36,506 nucleotides of DNA from the IMG/VR virus record IMGVR_UViG_2534681651_000007, positions 1 through 36,506 of that record. The stretch is one strand, 5' to 3'. This stretch comes from a virus (lineage: Duplodnaviria; Heunggongvirae; Uroviricota; Caudoviricetes). Positions 25,409-33,860 of this stretch are shown here, piece after piece (the first letter of the stretch is position 1; every line of letters begins with the position of its first letter). Under the pieces are notes generated by a model. That model was given only the letters and a program-made list of their open reading frames with translations, made no database searches and had not been told where the DNA came from. Position numbers and translations under genes: made by a program.

Positions 25409-25850
25409 TCTCGTTCTAAAGGCTTTACGAAAAGCCGGGCTGTATTCCAATGCCACGTTGACAGATGCTGACCCTCAGGCAATTGAAGATGCCATTAATG
25501 ACCTCGAAGACATGATGGCAGCATGGCAGGCTAAAGGTATCGAGCTTGGATATCAGTTTGCTGATACAGAAAACGGCATCATGCCGTTACCTGACGATGA
25601 TTCAGGTATCCCTGCATGGGCAAATGATGGCGTCGCTTTGAAACTCGCTGTGCAAGTGTGCATGGATAACGTCATTCAGCCGTCAGACGCTCTCCTTACC
25701 GCTGCTGACAGTGCATATCAGACAATCTGCATCGCTTTAACCAAAATACCACCACTTGAGCGGCGAAATGACATGCCTCGCGGTAGTGGTAACAAAAGCG
25801 CGTTTACGTGGAATCGGTTTTACATCGAGAAAGATGATCCGAGTACGTGA
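25389..25850 (+). CDS. Head-to-tail adaptor (P22 gp4-like)
   Basis: N-terminus [44 protein letters not shown] resembles recalled P22 gp4 ([44 protein letters not shown]). Confidence 0.88.
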   Translation: [153 protein letters not shown]

Positions 25851-25859
25851 GGTGAATAA

Positions 25860-27278
25860 ATGCCGATTCAGCAACTTCCGTTCATGAAAGGTGTCGGCAA
25901 AGACTTTCGAAACGCCGACTATATCGACTATCTGCCAGTGAATATGCTGGCTACACCCAAAGAAATCCTGAACAGCAGCGGATATCTTCGCTCATTCCCG
26001 GGCATTGCCAAACGTTCTGATGTGAACGGTGTATCTCGCGGCGTCGAGTACAACATGGCGCAGAATGCTGTTTATCGCGTTTGCGGTGGCAAGTTGTATA
26101 AGGGCGAAAGCGAGGTCGGTGATGTTGCCGGAAGTGGTCGCGTATCAATGGCGCACGGTAGGACATCACAGGCAGTAGGCGTTAATGGTCAACTGGTCGA
26201 GTATCGTTATGATGGCACGGTTAAAACCGTCTCAAACTGGCCTACAGACAGCGGATTCATGCAGTATGAGTTAGGTTCGGTCCGTGACATTACGCGTTTA
26301 CGTGGGCGTTATGCGTGGTCAAAAGACGGTACTGATTCATGGTTTATCACTGACCTTGAAGACGAATCGCACCCTGACCGCTACAGCGCACAATATCGTG
26401 CAGAGTCTCAGCCTGACGGCATCATCGGCATCGGAACATGGCGAGACTTCATCGTCTGCTTTGGTTCATCGACGATTGAATATTTCTCCCTGACTGGCGC
26501 AACAACTGTTGGTGCTGCTTTGTATGTCGCACAGCCATCACTGATGGTGCAGAAAGGCATTGCCGGGACTTACTGCAAAACGCCATTCGCTGATTCTTAT
26601 GCGTTCATCAGCAATCCGGCAACAGGTGCGCCGTCTGTATACATCATCGGCTCCGGTCAGGTGTCACCAATCGCCAGTGCGAGCATTGAGAAAATCCTCC
26701 GCTCCTACACTGCTGATGAACTGGCTGATGGCGTGATGGAATCGCTGCGATTTGATGCGCATGAGTTGCTGATTATCCACCTTCCGCACCATGTTCTTGT
26801 TTACGACGCATCTTCAAGCGCCAATGGTCCGCAATGGTGTGTACTGAAAACAGGCCTGTATGACGATGTGTACCGCGCTATCGACTTCATTTACGAAGGC
26901 AATCAGATAACGTGCGGCGATAAGCTGGAATCCGTGACCGGGAAATTGCAGTTCGATATCAGCAGCCAGTACGACAAGCAGCAGAGACACCTGCTGTTTA
27001 CTCCGTTGTTCAAAGCGGATAACGCCAGAGTTTTCGACCTTGAAGTTGAATCGTCAACTGGAGTTGCGCAGTATGCTGACCGCCTTTTTCTCTCTGCAAC
27101 CACTGACGGCATCAATTACGGGCGTGAGCAGATGATTGAGCAGAATGAACCGTTCGTTTACGACAAACGCGTTTTGTGGAAGCGTGTCGGGCGAATAAGG
27201 AAAAATGTCGGCTTCAAATTGCGCGTTATCACTAAGTCACCTGTCACTCTCTCAGGCTGCCAGATAAGGATTGAGTAA
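25860..27278 (+). CDS. Tail hub protein (P22 gp10-like)
   Basis: 472 aa, same length and position as P22 gp10. Confidence 0.85.
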   Translation: MPIQQLPFMKGVGKDFRNADYIDYLPVNMLATPKEILNSSGYLRSFPGIAKRSDVNGVSRGVEYNMAQNAVYRVCGGKLYKGESEVGDVAGSGRVSMAHGRTSQAVGVNGQLVEYRYDGTVKTVSNWPTDSGFMQYELGSVRDITRLRGRYAWSKDGTDSWFITDLEDESHPDRYSAQYRAESQPDGIIGIGTWRDFIVCFGSSTIEYFSLTGATTVGAALYVAQPSLMVQKGIAGTYCKTPFADSYAFISNPATGAPSVYIIGSGQVSPIASASIEKILRSYTADELADGVMESLRFDAHELLIIHLPHHVLVYDASSSANGPQWCVLKTGLYDDVYRAIDFIYEGNQITCGDKLESVTGKLQFDISSQYDKQQRHLLFTPLFKADNARVFDLEVESSTGVAQYADRLFLSATTDGINYGREQMIEQNEPFVYDKRVLWKRVGRIRKNVGFKLRVITKSPVTLSGCQIRIE

Positions 27279-27979
27279 TGGTTGATTCATCACTGAATGA
27301 TCCTGTCGTGGTTCAGGCTACGCGCCTTGATGCTTCAATTTTGCCACGCAATATATTCAGCCAGTCTTACCTGCTGTATGTCATAAATCAGGGAGCTGAT
27401 GTCGGCGCAATTGCCGGGAAGGCAAATCAGGCTGGTCAGGGCGCTTACGATGCCCAGGTAAAAAACGATGAACAGGATGTCGAACTGGCTGATCACGACG
27501 CAAGAATCACCGCAAACACAAAAGCGATAAATCTCCTTGAAGTCAGGTTAACAACCGCCGAAGGGAAGATAGTCGTACTGCGTAGCGATGTTGATTACTT
27601 GCTGGATGAGGTTATCGATATTCAGGGGCATCTGGTCACTGTTGACCAAAGACTGGATGACGTAGAAAACGATGTCTCTGGCATTAAGAGTGATTACGTA
27701 TCGAAAACCGTAACAGAATCGCAGTCTCTTGCGTCACCGCTGGATGTAAAAACATCATATTCAGTTGATGGAATTCAGGTTGTTGGAGCAAGAAATACCG
27801 GATGGACTGCAGCCACAGGTACACCTCTTCTTAGCTCATTCAACGCTAACCAGTCATACACAGTCGGCACTACGTACACACAATCCGAAGTCGCAGCCCT
27901 CGCTACAGGTTTGCAGCAGGCGCGGCAGCGTATTCTGGCGCTTGAAACGGCACTTAGATTACATGGGCTGATTGACTGA
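27278..27979 (+). CDS. Tail needle (P22 gp26-like)
   Basis: 233 aa; N-terminus ...[66 protein letters not shown] and C-terminus ...[13 protein letters not shown] match recalled P22 gp26. Confidence 0.92.
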   Translation: MVDSSLNDPVVVQATRLDASILPRNIFSQSYLLYVINQGADVGAIAGKANQAGQGAYDAQVKNDEQDVELADHDARITANTKAINLLEVRLTTAEGKIVVLRSDVDYLLDEVIDIQGHLVTVDQRLDDVENDVSGIKSDYVSKTVTESQSLASPLDVKTSYSVDGIQVVGARNTGWTAATGTPLLSSFNANQSYTVGTTYTQSEVAALATGLQQARQRILALETALRLHGLID

Positions 27980-28434
27980 TGATTACATTCAAACCAACGC
28001 GAAACATCGACCTGATAGAAGCCGTAGGAAATCACCCTGACATTATCGCCGGGAGCAACAACGGTGATGGATACGACTACAAACCTGAATGCCGTTACTT
28101 TGAGGTGAACGTGCACGGGCAGTTCGGCGGAATTGTTTACTATCAGGAGATTCAGCCGCTGACCTTTGATTGCCACGCCATGTACCTGCCAGAGATTCGC
28201 GGATTCAGCAAGGAAATCGGGCTGGCGTTCTGGCGATACATTCTGACAAACACCACCGTTCAGTGTGTCACATCGTTCGCTGCACGCAAATTCCGCCACG
28301 GGCAGATGTACTGCGCAATGATTGGCCTTAATCGTGTAGGAACCATCAAGAAATACTTCAAAGGCGTGGATGACGTGACGTTTTACAGCGCCACACGCGA
28401 AGAACTAATCGACTTCCTGAATCACGGGAGATAG
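27979..28434 (+). CDS. Head assembly/ejection-associated protein (P22 gp14 position)
   Basis: 151 aa; assignment by gene order (P22 has 26-14-7-20-16). Confidence 0.6.
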   Translation: MITFKPTRNIDLIEAVGNHPDIIAGSNNGDGYDYKPECRYFEVNVHGQFGGIVYYQEIQPLTFDCHAMYLPEIRGFSKEIGLAFWRYILTNTTVQCVTSFAARKFRHGQMYCAMIGLNRVGTIKKYFKGVDDVTFYSATREELIDFLNHGR

Positions 28435-28436
28435 CC

Positions 28437-29132
28437 ATGTTATATGCATTTAAGCTGGGCAGAAAACTGCGCGGCGAGGAACCTTATTACCCTGAAAAAG
28501 GCGGGAAAGGTGGCAGTTCTGATAAAAGCGCAAAGTATGCAGCAGAAGCTCAGAAGTATGCCGCAGACCTGCAAAATCAGCAGTGGCAGACGATCATGCA
28601 AAACCTTGCTCCGTTCACGCCGCTTGCGGAGCAGTATGTTAACCAGCTTCAGAATCTTTCCAGTTTAGAAGGGCAGGGGCAGGCACTTAATCAGTATTAC
28701 AACTCTCAGCAGTATAAAGACCTTGCAGGTCAGGCGCGTTACCAGAGTCTTGCTGCTGCGGAGGCGACGGGGGGGCTTGGCTCGACAGCCACAAGCAATC
28801 AACTGGCCACGATTGCCCCGACTCTCGGTCAGTCGTGGTTGTCAAACCAGATGAGCAACTACAACAATCTGGCAAACATTGGCCTTGGTGCGCTGCAAGG
28901 TCAAGCGAACGCCGGGCAGACATACGCCAACAACATGAGCAGCATTGCGCAGCAAAGCGCAGCACTTGCCGCTGCTAACGCCAATAAACCATCAGGCCTT
29001 CAGACAGCAATTAGCGGCGGAGCTTCAGGAGCTATGACTGGCGCTGCTCTTGGCTCTATTGTCCCCGGACTTGGTACTGGATTAGGAGCGGCAATTGGTG
29101 GCGGGCTTGGCCTGCTTGGCTCGTTGTTTTAA
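28437..29132 (+). CDS. Ejection protein (P22 gp7-like)
   Basis: 231 aa, Gln/Ala/Gly-rich with Gly-rich hydrophobic C-terminus; order and size match P22 gp7. Confidence 0.8.
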   Translation: MLYAFKLGRKLRGEEPYYPEKGGKGGSSDKSAKYAAEAQKYAADLQNQQWQTIMQNLAPFTPLAEQYVNQLQNLSSLEGQGQALNQYYNSQQYKDLAGQARYQSLAAAEATGGLGSTATSNQLATIAPTLGQSWLSNQMSNYNNLANIGLGALQGQANAGQTYANNMSSIAQQSAALAAANANKPSGLQTAISGGASGAMTGAALGSIVPGLGTGLGAAIGGGLGLLGSLF

Positions 29133-29141
29133 GGGGTAATC

Positions 29142-30548
29142 ATGGCTACTTGGCAAGGATCAAATGGCGGATTGTTGGCTGGTATCGGTGGTGTCAACTC
29201 AAACGCTCCGAGCGTAAATGACATCGGCAATACGCTTCAGCTTATCAGGCAGAACAATGATATTGAGCGTTCAGGCGCCAATAATCTTGGGTTGACTGCT
29301 TTGCAAGGTCTTTCAGGTATTGCGGGTGTTTTTCAGCAGGAAAAGCAGGCTCAGCGGCAGAAAGAATTTCAGCAGGCATACGCTAATGCTTATGCGTCTG
29401 GTGATCGCGGTGCTTTGCGTCAGTTGGCTACTCAATATCCAGACCAGATTGAATCTGTTCGTAAAGGCATGGGATTCATTGATGAAGACCAGCGCAATTC
29501 TATCGGCACCTTAGCGGCTGGCGCACGCCTTGCATCATCGTCTCCAGAAGCAATGCAATCATGGCTGCAAAACAACGCCAAGGAACTGGCGCGCGTCGGT
29601 GTTGATCCTAACAACGTTGCTCAGATGTATCAGCAGAATCCCTCAGGATTTGGTGAGTTTGTTGATCACCTTGGAATGGCCGCGCTTGGTCCGATTGATT
29701 ACTTCAATGTTCAGGACAAGATGGCTGGTCGTGAGATTGATCGCGGAAAACTTGCAGAGACAATCCGCAGCAATCAGGCTGGTGAAGCACTTCAGGCGAG
29801 AGGGCAAAACCTTTCCTATCAGTCAGCAATGACTGGGCACAATATCGCAGCACAACGCTTGGCTCTGGATCAGCAAGAGTTCGGGTTTAAGATGCAGCAA
29901 GCGCAGGAAAAGGCTCAGCAGTTGATTAGCGAAGCACCTAAGCTGTCAGTAAACATGGAAAAAGGCATCGAGACGGCTGTAAACAATGCCACAGCATCAT
30001 CAAACTCAGCCAATTCTATGAGTGCGCTTGCTCAACAGTTCAGAGCAGAAAAACCAACGACAGGTTTGTTCGGTAACGCACAGAACATGTTCGCAAAACT
30101 TACCGGAAGCGATACGACATTGCGTGATTTGCGCATCCGACAAAATGCCCTTGTTAACAGTCAGGTTCTTAAATTCCTACCTCCCGGCCCCGCAACGGAT
30201 AAAGACGTTGAGATCGTTCGGCAGGGTGCGCCAACTGACATGGATAATCCTGAGACGGTCGCAAGATGGCTTGATGCGATGGCAAACCTTGAGCGACGAA
30301 ACGCGCAGTTTAATGAGTTTAAAGCCGAGTGGATGAGCGCGAATGGCAACCCTGGACAATCGCGTAATGGCGGTCAGATATTGGGGTTGGATGTTAAAAA
30401 AGGTGAATCATTGGGGAGTGCTGTTAAGAGGTATATGTCAATGAATACTGACGCAGCGCCAGCACAAGATTCGACTCCTTCAGGAGAATCACGGAATCAG
30501 GTTGGAGCATATACCTCAAAATCAGGCATTCAATTTACGGTGGAATGA
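29142..30548 (+). CDS. Ejection protein (P22 gp20-like)
   Basis: 468 aa; order and size match P22 gp20. Confidence 0.8.
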   Translation: MATWQGSNGGLLAGIGGVNSNAPSVNDIGNTLQLIRQNNDIERSGANNLGLTALQGLSGIAGVFQQEKQAQRQKEFQQAYANAYASGDRGALRQLATQYPDQIESVRKGMGFIDEDQRNSIGTLAAGARLASSSPEAMQSWLQNNAKELARVGVDPNNVAQMYQQNPSGFGEFVDHLGMAALGPIDYFNVQDKMAGREIDRGKLAETIRSNQAGEALQARGQNLSYQSAMTGHNIAAQRLALDQQEFGFKMQQAQEKAQQLISEAPKLSVNMEKGIETAVNNATASSNSANSMSALAQQFRAEKPTTGLFGNAQNMFAKLTGSDTTLRDLRIRQNALVNSQVLKFLPPGPATDKDVEIVRQGAPTDMDNPETVARWLDAMANLERRNAQFNEFKAEWMSANGNPGQSRNGGQILGLDVKKGESLGSAVKRYMSMNTDAAPAQDSTPSGESRNQVGAYTSKSGIQFTVE

Positions 30549-32392
30549 TGAAAGTAACTGCAAACGGTAAGACATTTACCTTCCCTGATGGTACGAGCAC
30601 GGAAGATATTGGCACCGCCATTGATGAGTATTTTGCTGGTCAGGCTGTTCAGCAAAAAACTGTCCGCCAGGATAGCAATGAACCAGTACGTGAAGAACCA
30701 TCATTGATGCAACAAGCTGGCGATTGGCTCACTGGTGGTCAAAGTGCAGGGCAAATTGCAGAACAGGCTGGTCGCGGTCTGGTAAACATACCATTCGACG
30801 TATTACAGGGCGGCGCAAGTCTGATTAATGCAATCAGCCAGGGGCTTGGTGGCCCCAAGGTTTTGGATGATGTTTATCGTCCAGTAGACAGACCGACAGA
30901 CCACTACGCTCAAGCTGGAGAAACAATTGGCGGGTATTTAGTTCCAGGAGTTGGAACGGCAGGAAGCATGGCTATTGGATCACTGGCAGAGGCCGCAAAT
31001 CAGAAAGGCGATTTCGCACAAAATGCAGCTAAAAATGCCGGAGTTAACCTCGCCGCTCAGGGTGTTCTTTCCGCAGCAGCAAAGGGAATAGGACGTGGAA
31101 TAACGGCTATAAAAGGCGATATTGCGCCAGAAGTAGCGAAAAAAATTGCCACATCAGAATCGATGGGCGTGACACCTATGACATCTGATGTAATCCCGCC
31201 GAAAAATGCTTTCACTCGTGGCCTTACTCAGGATGCCGAGGGGGCTTTGCTCGGGACAGGATCAAAGCGAGCGGAGCAATATGCAACGCGTAGTAAGCTG
31301 GTAAGTAATTACTTTGACCGTTTTGGTGAGTACAACCCTGATGATGTGGTGAAATCTCTGACCTCCACGTTAAGGGGGCGGAAGGATGCCGCTGGCGCTG
31401 TTATCAATGACGTCACCAATAAAATGGGTAATGCCGCAGTTGATACCACAAATACCATGAATGCTCTGAATACAGCGATCGCAAGACAGGAACGGCTTGG
31501 GACGTCTGCCAATCAAAGCCTGCTTACATCCTTGCGTAACCTACGTGAAGAATTAGCAAACCCTGCAACTGATTTGGATGTTACGTTTGATCTCTTGCGT
31601 CAGCACAGAACGGCATTTAGATCTAATGTTCAGGGAGATGCTATGGTCTTCCCCAACCAGGCAAAAGCAGCTACCAATATGGTAGAGAATGCAATGTCAA
31701 AAGACCTTCGTAACGCAGTTGCTAAAAAACTCGGTGCATCAGACGCAGCAAAATACCTTAAAGCAAATTCCGATTATGCAAACGTTTATAATAAGGTACT
31801 TAATAAAAACATTGCTAACAAGCTCAACAAGGCAAGCAGTGAAGCCAGTCCTGAACTTATAAATACCGTTGTATTAAGCAGAAAACCATCTGACGTGAAA
31901 CGAATCTGGAGCGCATTGGATAATAAAGGGAAAGATGCTATGCGTGCAGCTTACGTCAGCAAAATAGCGGAAAAGGCCGGTGACTCTCCAGCCAAGTTCA
32001 TCACTGAAGTTAATAAGCTGAAATCTCAGTCAGGCGGTGAAATTTACAACACTATTTTTTCTAGAAAGCACATGAAAGAGCTTGATGCTCTTCATGAAGT
32101 TCTACAGCAAACAGCAAGGTCAGACACCGCAAATGTAGTAACTCAGACTGGGCAATCGCAAGCCAACAGGATAAGGACGATTGGCGCAACTGCGACTCTT
32201 GGCGTATCAATGGGGATTGAGGCTGGTTTCGGTGCAATGATGCGCTTGTATGAGTCCAAAGCAGCAAGAAATGCTCTCTTACGTCTGGCAAACACCAAAG
32301 CAGGAACACCAGCCTATGAAAGAGCGCTAAATAATGCTGCAAATGCGATACGCCCTATACTTTCAAGCCAAATTACAGCAGAACAGCAATAA
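30545..32392 (+). CDS. Ejection protein (P22 gp16-like)
   Basis: 615 aa; order and size match P22 gp16; overlapping start with the preceding gene. Confidence 0.8.
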   Translation: MMKVTANGKTFTFPDGTSTEDIGTAIDEYFAGQAVQQKTVRQDSNEPVREEPSLMQQAGDWLTGGQSAGQIAEQAGRGLVNIPFDVLQGGASLINAISQGLGGPKVLDDVYRPVDRPTDHYAQAGETIGGYLVPGVGTAGSMAIGSLAEAANQKGDFAQNAAKNAGVNLAAQGVLSAAAKGIGRGITAIKGDIAPEVAKKIATSESMGVTPMTSDVIPPKNAFTRGLTQDAEGALLGTGSKRAEQYATRSKLVSNYFDRFGEYNPDDVVKSLTSTLRGRKDAAGAVINDVTNKMGNAAVDTTNTMNALNTAIARQERLGTSANQSLLTSLRNLREELANPATDLDVTFDLLRQHRTAFRSNVQGDAMVFPNQAKAATNMVENAMSKDLRNAVAKKLGASDAAKYLKANSDYANVYNKVLNKNIANKLNKASSEASPELINTVVLSRKPSDVKRIWSALDNKGKDAMRAAYVSKIAEKAGDSPAKFITEVNKLKSQSGGEIYNTIFSRKHMKELDALHEVLQQTARSDTANVVTQTGQSQANRIRTIGATATLGVSMGIEAGFGAMMRLYESKAARNALLRLANTKAGTPAYERALNNAANAIRPILSSQITAEQQ

Positions 32393-32406
32393 AAGATAAG
32401 ATATAA

Positions 32407-32892
32407 CTATCTGATATTACTGCTACTGTTGCATGTTACCGTGTTTCCAAATCCTGAATTGCAGTTTGTATATGTGTCAACGCGTGTTGGGTAAGGTTGA
32501 GTTATAACAGGCTGGCGCGCTTTTTGCTCGATCGCTTGCATTGTGTTTACAGCCTGATAATTCAATAAAGCCTGCTGGAATGCTTGGCTTTGTGCTATTT
32601 GTTGTGCTTGTTCTTGGCTTTGTAATTGAACATAAAGATTCTGAAGCTCAAGTCTTGCCTGTGCGTCACTTATCTTGCCTTCATCGACACCTTGCCCGAG
32701 CATCTTCGCAGCAAGGACATACAGCTTAGGGGTTGGTGCTGATGCCATGCGTGAGTCGTTCTTCACACTGGCATCAAGGCAATTCGCCATGTCGCTAAGT
32801 CTTGGATAACGTTGCTCGCAACTTGCCTGATAGTCGCTAACCTTTGCACACCCTGCCAGCAGAAGCGGGATAATTAACAGTGATTTTTTCAT
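32407..32892 (-). CDS. Lipoprotein (161 aa from the ATG at 32892; signal MKKSLLIIPLLLAGC), Gln-rich mature domain
   Basis: Lipobox LAGC after a hydrophobic signal; AAGGAGAG Shine-Dalgarno; reverse-oriented in the slot where P22 has sieA. Confidence 0.8.
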   Translation of the reverse strand: MKKSLLIIPLLLAGCAKVSDYQASCEQRYPRLSDMANCLDASVKNDSRMASAPTPKLYVLAAKMLGQGVDEGKISDAQARLELQNLYVQLQSQEQAQQIAQSQAFQQALLNYQAVNTMQAIEQKARQPVITQPYPTRVDTYTNCNSGFGNTVTCNSSSNIR

Positions 32893-33026
32893 ATGATTAA
32901 CTCTCCTTATCTTTGCCATCATGGCACTGTTGGGTGTAAATGAGTTATTAACTCAACTGACAATATCTTCACGGAAATACTTTTTATTATTAAGATCTTT
33001 CTGATTCTAACAAAACGGAAAGTAAT

Positions 33027-33446
33027 ATGAAGAGGATTATCGGCGTCGTTGCTGGCGCTATATTGTTATCTGGGTGTGCAACTATTGTTGGTGACGAAAC
33101 GCAGCTTGTGCAAGTGAACAGCAATCCTTCCGGTGCGAGCTTTAAAGTAAAAGACGAATCAGGCGTGATTGTTGCGCAAGGCAAGACCCCGCAAGGAGTA
33201 ACTCTTGCCAAGTCAGATGGTAGTTATTTTGGCAAAAAGAGCTATCAGATCACTATGGAAAAGGATGGGTACGAGCCAGTAACCTTGCCAATCAAAGCCA
33301 ATGCTAATGGTTGGTATATTGGTGGAAACCTTGTGTTTGGTGGGTTAATTGGTTGGCTTGCTGTAGATCCATTTAATGGTGGGATGTATACCTTGAAGCC
33401 AAAAGAGGCAAATGCATCCCTTATACCGTCCACAAAGCAAGACTAA
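33027..33446 (+). CDS. Lipoprotein with PEGA-like domain (139 aa; signal MKRIIGVVAGAILLSGC)
   Basis: Lipobox LSGC; motif NSNPSGASFKVKDESG...GKTP resembles the PEGA domain; Gly-rich hydrophobic C-terminal segment; followed by a strong terminator. Confidence 0.8.
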   Translation: MKRIIGVVAGAILLSGCATIVGDETQLVQVNSNPSGASFKVKDESGVIVAQGKTPQGVTLAKSDGSYFGKKSYQITMEKDGYEPVTLPIKANANGWYIGGNLVFGGLIGWLAVDPFNGGMYTLKPKEANASLIPSTKQD

Positions 33447-33454
33447 TAAATAGG

Positions 33455-33477
33455 ACCCACCTTCAGGTGGGTTTTTT
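33455..33477 (+). terminator. Rho-independent terminator (ACCCACC-TTCA-GGTGGGT followed by T6); the mnt stop codon lies in its loop
   Basis: Read directly. Confidence 0.8.
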
Positions 33478-33714
33478 GTACAAATCCTTCAGCGTATCAA
33501 ACACCATCTTCTTAACAAGTTCGGACTGCTCATCAGCGATGCGTTCTGCATCGTCTCGATAGCCTGAAATTTTGGATGGCTTTGATACAGCATCAGTAAC
33601 TATCTGAACTAATTCTGAATTAAGAGAGCGGCCATTGGATTTGGCTCGCTGTTTTAGTTTTTCCTTTAATTCGTAAGGTAGCCGCAGATTAAATTGCGGG
33701 TCATCTCTTCCCAT
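33463..33714 (-). CDS. mnt: Mnt repressor (ribbon-helix-helix, P22 immI type)
   Basis: 83-aa ORF MGRDDPQFNLRLPYELKEKLKQRAKSNGRSLNSELVQIVTDAVSKPSKISGYRDDAERIADEQSELVKKMVFDTLKDLYKKPT, close to recalled P22 Mnt. Confidence 0.9.
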   Translation of the reverse strand: MGRDDPQFNLRLPYELKEKLKQRAKSNGRSLNSELVQIVTDAVSKPSKISGYRDDAERIADEQSELVKKMVFDTLKDLYKKPT

Positions 33715-33777
33715 TCTTGATGCCTCGCTTTTGTGAGTGGATCGGCATCTTATTATCTGCTGGTTGCATCCTCAATA

Positions 33778-33792
33778 AGACCACTGTGGTCT
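33778..33792. promoter_or_regulatory. Candidate Mnt operator: perfect 15-bp palindrome AGACCACTGTGGTCT between mnt and the tailspike gene
   Basis: Palindrome read directly; half-site resembles the P22 Omnt dyad (GGTCCAC-G-GTGGACC as recalled). Confidence 0.55.
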
Positions 33793-33860
33793 CTTTATTT
33801 GATTAATAATGCATCACTGCGGCAATGCTGCGGCGATTCCTTGTATCTGGAGCAAATTAA

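Noticed and set aside
19685-25456. Numerous minus-strand ORFs (60-295 aa) antisense to terminase, portal, scaffold and coat genes
   Set aside because: All lie inside long, well-supported plus-strand structural genes; their translations are Arg/Cys/His-rich and low-complexity, as expected for antisense frames of GC-balanced coding DNA.
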